A DNA stretch of 64,000 nucleotides, from contig RDEW01000067.1 in NCBI GenBank assembly GCA_011109175.1, positions 154,248 through 218,247 of the forward strand. Direction: 5' to 3'. The stretch comes from Dicyema japonicum. Its lineage: Eukaryota; Animalia; Dicyemida. The notes beneath the pieces were generated by a model. It did not search any database, was not told the origin of the DNA, and saw only the letters and a list, made by a program, of their open reading frames with translations. Of the stretch, positions 41,110-54,480 are shown one piece after another (within the stretch, counting starts at the first letter, position 1; each line of letters begins with the position of its first letter). A program made the position numbers and the translations under genes.

Positions 41110-42313
41110 CTTAGAAAGTCAAACTCTCAAACCAAGTTATTTGATTTCTGAATTTATTGCCAAAATTGGAGCACCTCAGGTTTATGGGGAGAAGCTTGTC
41201 AAACCTGCTATGCTAGTGTGTGTTAATGAAATTCTCGAAAAAGATATTGCATTTTCTATGAGTAAAATTCCCTTTCGAACAATACAAGAAGACAGTGAGA
41301 GCACAATTCATAACGAAACCATTATTGTCTAGATTTATCTATGAAGATGATATAAGAGAAGAAATGTTGTTCATTAAAAGTTTGCCTGACACTACTTGTG
41401 AGATATATTCAATAAAGTAATACAATATTTGAATGATAAAACATTCCGGTGACTAACTTGATCCTCATTTCATTAGATGGAGCTGGAAAGTCAAAGGCTT
41501 TGTTTCAAGATTGAAATCAGTTGCTATTCACATCTTTCATATCCACTGCATTATCCACAGACAGCATTTGGAATGTTGGAGGAGATATGGAAGAGCCACT
41601 CAACATTGCCATTTAATTAACTTTGTCAAAAGTAATTCAGTGAATGACAGAATATTTGAACAATTTCATTAAGATAAAAATTTTAAAACTCAATTGTTTT
41701 AAACATTGGTAAGATGGCTATCCAAAGGTCTGAGCCTTGGAAGACTAGTAATTATGTGGGAACCAATAATCAACTCTCTCAAGTCAAAAATGACTCATTC
41801 CAACTGCAAGAAGCAAGTTGATAAAGCTAATAAAATTTTGGAAGGACTTGATAAATCTAATGCTTTTGAATTTGAAAGAAAATGTGAAACTAAGAACAAG
41901 AGTTAATAAGATGATATTGTCCACATTAATAAAAGACACTCACCCAAATGTTTTCCAGCATGTAGAAACAGGAATAATTTCTTCCCTACCACATGGATGG
42001 TTGAATCTGGCTTTTCAGCTGTTTTGGATGTTTTTAGTAAAAACCGGAACACATTTGACATCAACAGCAGAGGAACAATAAGATTGAATACCTGCATCAA
42101 AATTGACTTTGATATTTTGTGTCAGAAACACCAAGATCAATGTAGTCAGTAGTTAATTGAATGTTGTCAATTTGTTTTGATGTTTATCCTTGATTATTAA
42201 ATAAAGAGCTTCAAAAAAGTTGGTTAGTTACATTTTTGTGAAATCGCTCTATGGACCACTGCAAATTCTTGCGGACCACAAGTAATCCACCTTGACCACG
42301 TTGGGAACCACTA
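41110..42313 (+). mobile_element. Degenerate hAT (Buster/ZBED5-like) transposase fragment with right TIR
   Basis: KLVKPAM, HCIIHRQHL, VRWLSKG motifs; right TIR GTTGGGAACCACTA at 42300-42313. Confidence 0.75.
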
Positions 42314-43330
42314 GGTTAAAGGACAACTCCCAATCAATTAGCCATGGGAAATCAGTCACTACGTTATTTAGCACTCAGAAAACTAAGCCGATTTCTTAAA
42401 TCTAAATGTGGATAATACAGAAATCCCTTTAGCAAGCAACAGAAAATTTTGGTAACCTTCGTAGCACGTCGAAACGTAATTATCAAGTGCGAGAAAAGTC
42501 TAACCTTCTGAAAAACCTCAAATGATTATGGAGGGCTGAAGACTTCACAATTCTGACATCTCTGGAGTCAATAACACAAATTATTTATTCAAGTTTCCAA
42601 AGGTAATTCGAATATTTATTAAACCTCCATATATATCAAAGTTGGCATCTTAAGCTTTGATCTTTAGAGTAATCACAATCAGTTAGCTATCAGGGTCTCA
42701 GATATATGAATCCTCTGGTTTGAATCCCATCTGTCTCGAAATTTGCAGCTTCCACTTTCTAAGAAACAGAGACTTTCCAATATCAGACAAGTTCACCCAG
42801 AACCAGTGGAAGGTAAAATAACAAAAAATCCTGGGAACCTCTCAAATGCAGTGGAGGAGAATGAATGATCCTTTTTCATGCCTCATTTGTACTGAGATCA
42901 CACGAAACTGGTGGATCACATAATAAAATTCTAGTAGAATGAGGGAGGCTAAGAAACTGACCATGAGTGACTGTATGTCTTAGTCTTAGAGACATAGCAT
43001 GTCTTTTTTGTCTCTTTGGTAAATTGTTACATTCTTGTAAAAATATATTTGTGTTTGGGGAAGTTAAATAATGCAAATTGACGCCGTCATCGCTAATGCC
43101 CCTCTGCTGTACTGGATTGATATTAAATTTTATTCCAAGTCCACCGTTAAGCCGAAAAAACCAAACAGAGATACCGACAAATTTAAACCTCCCATGATCC
43201 TACACAAACGCCAAGAGAAGGTCGTTTTCCCTTCTCGGTATGCACTGATGTAGCTAATTCGACTGGGCTTGTGGAATCAAAATAATCTTAAACTATTCAA
43301 ATCTCTAATTTACAATTACTCTGCATATTT

Positions 43331-43962
43331 ATGCTAATGGACTTATTTAAGCGTGTATTAACGAATTTGTTTACAATGAAAGTTGCTATTTTAACCACGT
43401 TTATTTGTGCGATTGGACTACTCATTTGTACAAAATATATAATGATTAGGTGTCACGTATTTAATAGTCGAACGCATTTTAGAAAATCCCAAATATACGA
43501 CCCATAGCCCGACCACTAAGGTTGTGATTAGAACATCCCAGAATACAACTCAGATATCAACTAAAAGCACCACGAAAGATTCGGGTTATTTTATTCGAAA
43601 AATTAGATTGTGTTGATAGCGCCAATTACTGTGTTAATAATAATTATTACGGGTACTGTGCATTCGATTCAAACACAGTTCGGAATTGTAGAAAAACGTG
43701 TGACAACTGCAACGGAGGGGATCGGTTGGAGGATCCAAGCAGTTACATCAGTTTTAATTTTCAAGTATGCAAGGACTATAGTGACCGTTTATTCTGTAAC
43801 GGACCAAATTGCAAGCAAAGGCTAGCTAGAATTATAACATGCCGACACACGTGTCAAACGTGTAATTTGTGTGAAGACTACGAAGAGAATTGTCATATTC
43901 CTAAATGCAATATTATTCCTGGATACGTCCATTTATGCAGAAGAACCTGCAATGTTTGTTGA
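43331..43962 (+). CDS. Signal/TM-anchored protein with Thr/Ser-rich stalk and three ShKT (ShK toxin-like) domains
   Basis: Removing GT-AG introns 43428-43449, 43585-43606 and 43742-43765 gives an uninterrupted 187-aa ORF (172 aa from ATG 43376). It has hydrophobic KVAILTTFICAIGLLICVTYLIV and three C-x6/8-C-x4/8-C-x9-C-x3-C-x2-C units. Confidence 0.85.
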
Positions 43963-44009
43963 CTATATTTCCCTAACATAACTCACGTTATCAATCCGTA
44001 AATCGATTT

Positions 44010-45400
44010 TTAATGAAACATCCGGTAAATAAGTGTTAACAGGTTAATAATATTCCTAGGCAGAGCGGATTGAGAGTTTCCCCTCAGCAAGGTCAATTCT
44101 TTGATCCATTGCGTTATTTTGAGTTCACTCTTCCCTGTTTCTGCAAGGCGGCCGATTGTTCCGACGAACTGGGACCAAACACTCCAGACGTCTCCATTGA
44201 AATCGGGTTGAAGAAACACCTCTCTGTCTACCTATATCTTCGCCTTCAGAAGCCATATATAGCACATCTTGGAGTCTTATGCGGCTTTTCAGTCTAGAAA
44301 GTGTCTGTGAATGTTTAATCCCAGTAAGGTATTTCCCTCCACTCCACTGCATCTGACTCCTTGCCATCACCTCTGTTCAGACTAATGGGTTTGAGTAAGT
44401 GAAGTTTGCATGCTATTCATTTTTTGACAATTGAATTCAACATGGAGTGACGGGAAAATCTACCCCGTTGAGTTTTCATGGAAGCAGGGGAGTAATCCTT
44501 TTTTATTGGTAATCCAGCTATATCGGACGATCTTCGAGACAAACATCCACTAAAGTCTTTAAACTACTCCTACACTTACACTCTCCAGATGTGTTCCAAA
44601 GGAAAGTAATGGACATGCACTATGCAACATAATTTTTCACTGAGGCCAGAATTAAGAATTATGTCTTGTTTTTCTGATTACATCTCTCATAATCTTCACT
44701 CGTGTGATTCGTTTGATGGATCATAATTCGTTTACTGAATACCTTTGTCTGTCAATCAATGGCTCCACCAATAAGATCGGACGTCTGGTTGGAATAGAAA
44801 TAGAAATGAGAACGAAAAAATGGCTATGAAGTCTTATCCAAGGGAATCTGGAAATAGAATGAAATTATAAGAGTCCCCCTTTCCTGTTAACTACATATCT
44901 AAACTACAATCAGATCATCGCTTAAGCAATTGAATATGCCTGTCAGGAATAATGGTTTACAGTATCCTCCTCCAACTTCAATCAGATAACTTCATGTCTT
45001 TTTCTCCGCGTTACTTAGAAGAATCCACTAGGAAACATGACAACGATTTTTGAGTTTCTGCAAAGAACCAATAAACCCATTGGGGGATGCGATTGCTCGC
45101 GCAAAGGAACATCGATCGATTCATTCATAGGCATTTGCAAAGGCTCTACCGTTCTATAGTCGGAATACTGGAGGATTACGCAAGATAAGTTCAGGGACTA
45201 GGGGAAGCTGGAATCACTTAATTAGTTGTAGTTTGCCACTTATGTTTACAGTTCCTTCTGTTGATCCTCTGTGGAGACGTTAATCAAAACTCGGGACCCT
45301 CTTCCACTGTTCGAAAACTGAAAGTCCTCCAACTATAAGGAGGCCTTAGCTTTGTAGGATGGTAACAGAAGTCCTATAAAGTGCATATTGCTGATTTTAT
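44010..45400 (-). mobile_element. Highly degraded non-LTR RT remnant, probably CRE/R2-like
   Basis: Traces of KLRP and FANAY..IDR motifs; many stops. Confidence 0.35.
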
Positions 45401-46739
45401 AGTTCCACCCACGTGATGATTTCAATGATTGTATGGTGAAGCTAGAATATACTATGCTACCTCTCATTCTGGTGTCATCACTAGCATTCTTTTATCTGTT
45501 AAACAATCGTCGAATAAAAAAATGAGAAGACAAGGTCGAGCGGAATGACTGGTGTTGCAAGCTGTTCTAGTGTTTTTCAAAGAATATTTCATTGAGAATG
45601 GGTATGATCACACGATCCTTTAATAAGAAGTTACTCACTTCCAAATATGGCGATTTTGAAGAGTCTGGAGAAGATTAAAGATAAATCACTAATCTACCTC
45701 TTCAATAAATCAATAATCCAAAATATATTCATTATTATTAGCCTCTATCTAGACTTCCTTGAAGATTTGGAGGATTCTCCTACAGGTCTTGCAGACGCAG
45801 AGGAAAAGGATAGTATGAAGACCTTCTAAAAACGAGTAAATTATCTGTTGTTTCCGTAGAGTTGCATATTTGACAAATTGGTCTTGTGTAGACACAAATT
45901 GATACGACTACGTGGCAGGAAACGAAGATTCGCACACTGAAATCTCAAACATTGAGAAATTTAAGATTACATAATATTTTGAGTAATTATGGAGTAATGA
46001 ATAATATATAAAATGTTCAACAAAAATCTTTATTTACTGGAAATACTTCATAACGTACTAAACAGTAATTTGAAACATAAGGTCTACTCCTCACACAATT
46101 TGTACATAACGATGACATCGGTCAATTTCCAGCAAAATTATATTCTTGGTTTCAATAACACAGCACGGGGGCGACGTGAAACAGGTGGATCACATGACAC
46201 ACTCTATTGAAAGAGAGGAGCAACATAAGAAACAAACAGAAATTTTTAATAAAACACCCGCATAGGATCACACGGCCTTTTCTACTAAAGGGTTTCAAAA
46301 TTACAACCAGCAAACTATTTTTCGTTTTAAAAAGCCTTTATTTTATAGATAACATATATAAATTATTAGGGAAACAAATGAGAGTAATTCAATTACTACA
46401 GTTAGCAACAAGTGCCGGACAAAGACCTGATAGCTCCTAGTTAGAATCCGCTGATGTACATTCCGGTCAAAGGTCCCACGCATCTACGATGTTTTGACTT
46501 GACTAGTGACGTCGTTATTGATTAACATTTCACTGCTGAAAAAGGACTCACATTTAACATAGAGAAAAAAGAAGTGAAGATCACTCATTGGTTCTCCCTC
46601 ATCGGTTAGTTATTGTAACTGTTATTGTGTGTCCTAATGCAGACATAAAAGGCACTTACGGAAGGGAGTTAACTCGCTGGTGGAACATTCAATAAGAATC
46701 TTGGAGATTTTAGATGCTGAGATCACCTAATTAATTGGT

Positions 46740-47030
46740 TTTTCGCTTATACTATTATATTAGATTTCTTCATGCAACTTCACTTCTCATACGTTTCCGC
46801 AGTTCGTCGAAGTCATCCACTGTTTTCATCTTCCACCAACTTGGACATACTCATTTTGTTGGATAATGCTCCATAATGAGGTTACAAGGCATCACCGCAT
46901 CCATACGAATAATATAGCTTATTACTTCATCATGCATAGACCCACATAATCATAAAGAGTCCTGTTTAAAGTCCTTTGGTAAATAGATACTTACTTTTTC
47001 CTCACTTGATTATCTTCACATCTTTCTAGT
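46740..47030 (-). mobile_element. RTE-like remnant
   Basis: SYGC motif and weak similarity to the RTE post-RT region. Confidence 0.3.
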
Positions 47031-47036
47031 CTATTA

Positions 47037-49394
47037 AAATGGAAAGCGTCTGGGTGCGACGGAGTTTATAACTTCTTTATCAAAAGTTTTACTTCGATTC
47101 ATGAACATCTTTGCGAGGAGATTCAGAAGATCATAAATGATGAATACACGCCTGGTGATTGGTTCTACACGGGGATAACACATCTTATACCAAAAGTGGA
47201 CGTATGTAATTCACCCAAGGAGTTAAGACCAATTACGTGTATGCCTAATCTCTATAAACTATTGACAAAGTGTGTGAACAAGAAATTATCTGAATATATT
47301 GAATCGTACGATCTCTTAAGTGATAATCAATTGGGAACTCGGAGGATGTGTCAAGGAGCCAAAGAACAAGCTTTGGTGAACCAATATTTAAATCAAAGAA
47401 ATGGAAGTAACTTATGTTCTACCTGGATCGATGTTAAAAAAGCATTTGATTCCGTTGACCACGAGTTTTTGGGCGAAGTGCTCCAGAATTCTGGCCTGCC
47501 TTTCTGGATTGTGAGTTTTATCACGAAACTTGTTGGGAAATGGAAGATACGACTGAATTTGGAAGGAAAAGTGTTGGGGGAGATTAGAATAAGAAGAGGA
47601 ATTCTACAGGGGGACTCTCTTTCGCCACAGATCTTTGCTTTGTTAATGGACCCCCTTAGCCGAATATTGAATGGAAAATTTCCTAAAGTAACTATGGGAA
47701 GCCCGGGAAATGGAGAGCCAACATATGCCACTAATCACCTTCTGTTTATGGACGATATAAAGTTGTTTTCTCACAAAAGTGATTCAATGGTTATGATGAT
47801 GGAAGAAGTTGATTCGTTTTTTGATGCAGCCGGGTTGGAGAGGAACTTTGACAAATCTGCAACAAATGTCAAGTCCTTGTCTGGGAAAGCTCGTTTCCTT
47901 GATGGATTGGATGGATACCGATATTTGGGAGTTCTTGAAGATAAGAACAGCAATGTTCTTAAAGGAGAAATTATGAATAAAATCTATGGAGAAGTATCTA
48001 AGCGGATCAAAAATTTGACGAAGACGGATTTAAACTCAGTGAACCTGTTTAAAGCTATGAATGAGTATGCAATCTCCCTTTACAACTATTACATTGGATT
48101 GATTGATATCGAACCTGGAGAGTTTGAACAGATTGATAAAAATATTCGCAGAATTCTTATGGACAGTCATATCCACTTGCAACCGGCAAACAAAGAAAGA
48201 CTTTATCTACCAAGAAATAAATTTGGAAGAGGCCTCGAGTCAGTCAGTAACAAAGCAGAAAGAATGCTCCTCCAATTTTATAGTGATTTGGAACATAAGG
48301 CAAATTACTGCCTAAGAAGAGCGGGAATTCTACGGGTCATTAATTCAAAGAAAATACACATGGCCACTATCGTAGAATTCATCTCAAGAAAGTACAACAT
48401 TGAAAATGTGAAGGATTTGACAATGTTGAAATTGATGGAAATACAACATGAATATCTACTGGGAAAAATTGAAGAGAAACCGCTGCACTCTATTCTATTT
48501 GAGTGTCTGAAAGATACCGAAGTGAATATTGCTGAATCCTCAGGGTGGTTAGTTCATGGAAATCATTCTCCTGTAACCGAAGGAAGGCTGTGTCTGCTTC
48601 AGGATCGTAACATGTTTTTTGATAATGGAGAAGCCAAGTGCAAACATTGTAACTCAGGAAAGAAGACCGTTGATCACCTTGCAACTAGATGTGGGAGAAT
48701 GCTGAATAGCTCGTATCTCAGGCGGCATAACGAGGTGGTCAGATGTATTCACTTACACCTCTGCCGTCAATATGGAATAAGAAAAACTAAGAAACTGAAG
48801 ACCCACTCAGTCCAATCTGTTGTCTCAAATGAATTTGTGGAGATTCGTGTAGACACAACGATTAGTACAGATACGGCTGTACAGAATAACAAACCCGATA
48901 TTTTCGTTCATGATAAGGTGCGTAATACGATTACTCTCGTTGAAATTGGGATCACGTCCCAAAACTGCCTCAAGCAAGTCGAGGTGGAAAAGTTCCATAA
49001 GTATGACTTACTGGCGAACGAACTCGGATGTATTCATCGCGCAAAGGTAAAAATAATCCCTGTAGTCATTACCTGGGATGGGATTGTTTCGAGATTCTTC
49101 AAGGGCCATCTGGATGCCCTCAAACTGGAGGAAAGGGTGAAAGCGTACATCCAAACGTTAGTATTGAGAAAGACGTTGGAGAGCATGCAAGCTGAAGATA
49201 GACATGGAGTATCGATACCTGATGAGGAGGAAGCTGATAAGGAATGCCGACCTAGGGGAGTCTCGGAATGTGGGTTGTGCGACAACGAAAACACACCTAT
49301 ACTGACAATTGACGTTGGCCCCAAGAAGAGGAGATTAGCTAATTAATTAATTACTTGTGACTCGTTGTTTCGTTAAAATATAATTAATCGTTTT
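47037..49394 (+). mobile_element. 5'-truncated R4-clade retrotransposon, family C, with uninterrupted frame to stop 49346
   Basis: Open frame from KWKASGCDGVYNFF through RT, CKHC..DHLATRC, RHNEV, KPDI..LVEIG; oligo-T 3' end; possible TTAAAAT TSD. Confidence 0.92.
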
Positions 49395-49439
49395 TTAAAA
49401 TTTTAATTTTTTAGATTTGTTATCAACTAATACAGATAT

Positions 49440-49925
49440 GAGAAGTCGCAAGGTTTTTATGAACGAAAGTCTATTTATCACTTCGATCAGTAAAAGAGTT
49501 TGAATAGGTGTATACAAAAGTGTTACAACATTTTATTTACTCCCTTATTCAACTGACTTGAACCCAATTGAAAACTTTTTTTATTGTGTGAAATCTCGCC
49601 TAAATGTAATTAGACCAAGAGCAACTGTAAGAGGAGAATTGCTAACAACTATCGGATTTGTTATGAGTGGTCTCGAAACCGAGAATTTGTCCTCATATTA
49701 CAGTTTTTGGGAAAGGGTAAATGGAATTAATAACAGATTAATTGAATAAAATACTTTTTTCCTAAATTATTTATTAGTATAATATATATAACTTGGACAT
49801 CATTTATGGGATTTGGGTCAACATTTATGGGATTTGGGACATCATTTATGGGAATTGGGACAACATTTATGGGAATTGGGTCAACATTTATGGGAATTGG
49901 GTCAACATTTATGGGATTCAGTGTA
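49440..49925 (+). mobile_element. Tc1/IS630-like DDE transposase 3' fragment with right end
   Basis: LLPYSTDLNPIENFF matches LPPYSPDLNPIE; ends ...CAGTG|TA at 49919-49925. Confidence 0.7.
49801..49916 (+). repeat. 21-bp tandem repeat, ~5.5 copies (CATTTATGGGA(A/T)TTGGG(T/A)CA(A/T))
   Basis: Read directly; no spacers; abuts the Tc1 terminus. Confidence 0.9.
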
Positions 49926-50599
49926 GTATGTGCAAGTAGCGTGTGGTACTATGTGGCTAATTGGTAAAAATTTCTCTTCCTTCCCTCTGATGACGTGATT
50001 GAATCCACCTTACTAAGGAGAAAGCAAATGCTTGGTCAACATTCAAGAGGATCCAACTATTCATTCGTCGAGAGACAATTTCGTTGTCTGGCAACGAGTT
50101 CTGGAATTTTGAAGAAGAAAAAGATCAGAGCAGAATCCTTCAACGGAGGAAGCAGTAGTTGAGTAGTGACTATCGCTGTGTCTTGTGTTACGTTAGCCAT
50201 GGTTTGAACCCCAAATTTGCTAATTTTTCTTTCCAGTTTTATATGTTCAGGAATTCATTAAATTAGAAAGGACAAAGATATTTAAAGAATGATATTATTA
50301 GAAAACCAAATTAAACTGTAGTTCCCATAATTTCTACATTTTCTGCCTCTACCAAGTCATCAGGAGATGTAGTAACTCCATTTACCATTTCTGTATTATT
50401 CGATTCTGTTTTCCTAGATCCCTGGACTGTTGCGTTGAAATCACTTCCAATAGAATCCACACTGACACTATCTAAAATATATGGGGTTCTTCCACTTTCT
50501 TGTGTTTCAGTCACGTTGTTTATGGGTTCTTCCAATATAGAGTTGAATTTTGAATTGTTCATAATTTGCATGAAATAGAGCGTTGGGTGAGTGATAAGT

Positions 50600-51900
50600 C
50601 CAATAATCCCTAAAAGTCATCCACAAGGCGTACCGATGGTGATAAGTGAAATTAAAAGCAAATCAGTGGGATTTAAACGCTTTGAGTTTCTGATTGGTAC
50701 ATTTAGCTGAGATATTCTTGAGTTCCAGTTAGACCTGAATCCTATACTTTTTTGTAGACTGGGATAATTGATTACTCTCGTTGGAATGTCTTCTATCTTA
50801 AAGTCCTCCTCAGATTTGTCAGAAATCAAAGTGGTGTGCTCTGATTCGATGATTTGCGTCGTAAAAGTCGTGGTTTTTCTAATTTTTGGACTGAACTTTC
50901 TGAGTCTTGATTTGAGCATATAAATTCAAATTTCTCCCTTAACTGCTCTTATATTGGTTTATCATAGAAATTTCTTATTTAAGCACAATTTATGGCCTTC
51001 TCAAGCAATAAACCGATCGTTAGTCACCTGATTTGTAGATTTTAGTCAATTACCCCCCACTCGCGACATAATTGATGTAGCGCCCCTCTCACGATAGCAA
51101 AAAAGATTAACTGAAGAAACAACTGATTTTCACGGACCTGATGGTTTCTGAGTTTAAGCAGACGTCTCAGTCTCTCGAGAAGAGATAGTGATTTACTGTT
51201 TATGTTTCCAGTTGTCTCGTTAGGATACCACGTGAACCGGTCCAGGAGGGGTAATCGGAAATATATTTGGTCGATTCTCACACGTTATCTACTTGGCAGA
51301 AAGATTTCCTCTCTATTGAACTCAAGAGACACCCAATGGTTGGCTCTCTTCACTCCGGATTTTCCAAAACTAACAAGTATAGAGAACAGGATTATTCAGA
51401 ATAACTAAATCCTCTATATCATGCAGAATTTGACTCCACGTTTATCAGGTTTGTTAGAGGAAAGCCATGCAGAATGATAAGCATTAAAATCACCACATGC
51501 AAGTAAGCTCTGCGTAGTTAGGAAGACACGAAGAAATCGGCGGGATACATTGACAATAGTGAAACGGGGATTTTTGATATTGACCCGGATAGATGCAATT
51601 TAAATTTGGGAATCCTCAGATATGAGAGATTTAATAAATTTTGAAGTATCAGCAAAAGAAATAGAAATGTGTACAAGAATAAGTAAACCACCCCCAGCTG
51701 AGTTGGAGGAAGTTGGAACATAATACAGAATAGTTCATGAACTGAAGAGTCTTAGATTTCGGTGTAAGTTTAGTTTTTTGGATAGGGCAATGTCTACAAA
51801 ACGATTGTGTAAGAAGTTACGTAATCAATACATTTTTGAACAGAACGTTTGTGTTCAATGGGAGTATCTTCAACTTTCAATGAAATGACATGGGTCCAGG
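50600..51900 (-). mobile_element. Degraded APE-type LINE 5' region
   Basis: LLACGDFNAYHSAWLSS at ~51450-51505 is the endonuclease GDFNAH motif. Confidence 0.55.
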
Positions 51901-52619
51901 GTTAGGTTCAACATCACACACCTGATTAAAGAAATCTGGGAACTTTGGCTAGGCGCTCGTCCGGTAGCCACTACCAAGCAAACTATTTGGCAGTTGCTTG
52001 GTAAGGGAAATAATTGGGTCTGTTCGCTACACACGTAGACAGTTTTCTCTACGAGTAGGTGACCCACATGAAAATATCTATTTTTAAACCCCAAGACCAC
52101 CAAGAAAAAAGTATTAACTCGCTAATTAGATGATTTCAGCCTCCAACATTTCTCGAATTGATCTCGTATGCTCCACCAGCAATCCAACTGCACTTCGGAA
52201 GTGTCTTCTTCACTACATCACGCTCTCCTACTAGGTTAATTTGACAGACAGAACTTAAATGCAGCCTTAGAAACTTGATATCAAATAAACTAGAATTTCC
52301 CAACCCATATATTAGTATGAAAGGAATGAAATTGTTAGTTGTTGTTAGATTCAGCTTTTTACGACATATTTGTGTTTTATATTATAAGCTTTGATTGATG
52401 CTCTATTTGGTAAATCCAAAGGTAAACAGTCACATTCATAGTCTGATTAGTTAAAGTTAACATTTCCCAGTGAACTTCTTTGTTTCATCGTTTGTTGAAC
52501 TTGAATTTTAAAATTCTCTATTCTACAAAATATTTATCATTCATCAATAGTAATTCAGCACATTTACAATATCCTCCAATGCTATGTGTCAGGTTTACCT
52601 TTGCATGAAGACATAGCTA

Positions 52620-52950
52620 AATTAATAATAATAACACCAGAGACCATAATTACACAAACTAACTAATCACGTTATCCCAGCACGCTCTAGCAGGGACTTC
52701 ATCTTGGCCCGATGCTCCTCCCTCGTCTTCACACAAGCACGTATCGGTCGAATGACTGGACCTTCGCAGTCACGACGGCGCGTTCCGTGGTTCATTCTTA
52801 TCAAGGCTTCAAGAGGCATTGGTGGCTGGAGTTCTCTAGAGATCCAGCGTTTCGTGATTTTGGAGGCTCTTCTCCGGCTAGCCTCAATCTTCAAGACATT
52901 CGTCCAAGAGATGAGTGGACCCTATATACCACATGAATAGGAGATGCATG
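52620..52950 (-). mobile_element. 5'-truncated LINE 3' end (...LLERAGIT*) with (TTA)n tail
   Basis: ORF 52667-52894; homologous to 54130-54300. Confidence 0.7.
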
Positions 52951-53249
52951 ATTCAATGAATTGTTTATATACCGTCAAAACAAAATGCTTTCCAATCTTC
53001 CATAAGCTTGTGAGGCTTATTGAAATTGATCTCAAATTACTTGAAATTATCTTTCAAATTAATAATTTTAGGAATTTTAACTTTATTGTGGGCAAACTCG
53101 ATTTTAAAAATTAGTTGAAAATTATTTTTCAACAAAAATGCTATGGTTTCATTCGTACTTGCATCTTTCATATGCAACTTAGTTACTTCATCAGAATTAA
53201 TATTTTTAATATACTTTATGGACATTAAACCATTTACCTAACTATCTCA

Positions 53250-53910
53250 GACATTGTCCGGATTTGATTGAGAAAACTAAAAAGGAATATGCTTAACATC
53301 GTGTCTTGTGGCTCAGCCGATAGGTGTCACCCATTTAGGAAACAAACGGAGAGTCATCAACTTTTCCTCACAACTCGGGGTTCCCGTAAATTATACATGT
53401 CGTGATGACATTTTCTCAACATGTGAGATCGTTATGAAAAAGGTCTAGGAAATTGAATATAATGAAATCGTTCTTAAAGTCCAGGCCATCACGAGAATGC
53501 GCAGTCGTCTTGTACAAGCAACATTAAAACCGACGGTCGAGTATGCTTGTGCCTCATGGGCTGATGGGGTTTCAATATCAAATTTGTACAAGATCAATTC
53601 CCTAACAGCCAAATTGGTACGTATAACGAATCTACCTGCTGATTTTTCCCCCAATGCTTGACCACGCCTCAATCGAAAACAATTCCGGTTTCATCGGTCT
53701 GTGTGGTCACGGAACAAGTCGTTTCTTCCATTCAAAACTAGAAGCCTCAAATACACGTAAATTAGGAAAAACCCATCCTCTACAAAATCTAATGATAGGT
53801 GATCGTCGTCGGTACAGGAAAGCCGTGGGTACTCTGGAGAACATAAGAAAAAACTTCTCAATGCTTTTGAGTCGCACTGGGATCACTTAATAAGTTATTA
53901 TTATTATTAA
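53250..53910 (+). mobile_element. APE-type LINE 3' fragment (...LSRTGIT*) with (TTA)n tail
   Basis: KPTVEYACASW motif; ORF 53654-53890. Confidence 0.7.
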
Positions 53911-54114
53911 TAACTAAAAATGATTTAACCAAAAAGATAAAGTATCTTACCCTGACAAACAGCTCATAGTCTTGGATTACCTCTCTTTCTTGGTGTTCCT
54001 TTTACGGAAATATTAAATAAAATAACAAATACACCTATCATAACTTTTATTATAATTATTAAAAACACTTTCACATAACCAAAGAACGTTATATCACATT
54101 TCTTTTTGAGGAAT

Positions 54115-54300
54115 TAGTGAAGAAAAGCGGAGCCTTACTACCCTCCAAAAAAGTTAGAAACTCCCGCCCAATCCGGAAATGCGTTGGAACCCAGAAGAAC
54201 ACCGAGCAAGAATGAGATGGCTACTCGAGGCGGCCGGAATCACCTGACGGCTATGTAGTTATTTAATTTGTCGGTGATTTTTGGTTTTAATAATAATAAT
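54115..54300 (+). mobile_element. 5'-truncated LINE 3' end (...LLEAAGIT*) with (TAA)n tail
   Basis: PIRKC...EEHRARMRWLLEAAGIT across a frameshift; source family of the 38778 insertion. Confidence 0.7.
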
Positions 54301-54309
54301 GATTAACTA

Positions 54310-54480
54310 AGGTCCCGGTTGTGCCACACAGTTCATTTCTTGAGCAGACCCAGGTACCAGCGTTATACAGTAGTATGGGTTTCACTAGCGAGTTGTATAA
54401 TCGAGTTTTTGTTAACCTTTTTATGGAGTTAGGTGTTATTCAGTCTGGAGAGGGCAGTTTGTGCTAAGGTTTTCCTTCTT
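54310..54480 (-). mobile_element. RTE remnant
   Basis: KTRLYNSLVKPILLYNAGTW. Confidence 0.55.

Noticed and set aside
49801-49916. CRISPR array
   Set aside because: Repeats are contiguous with no unique spacers, there are no cas genes, and the context is eukaryotic.
50311-50571. 86-aa acidic S/T-rich ORF as a host gene
   Set aside because: No recognisable motif, start context or splice support; adjacent to degraded LINE sequence.
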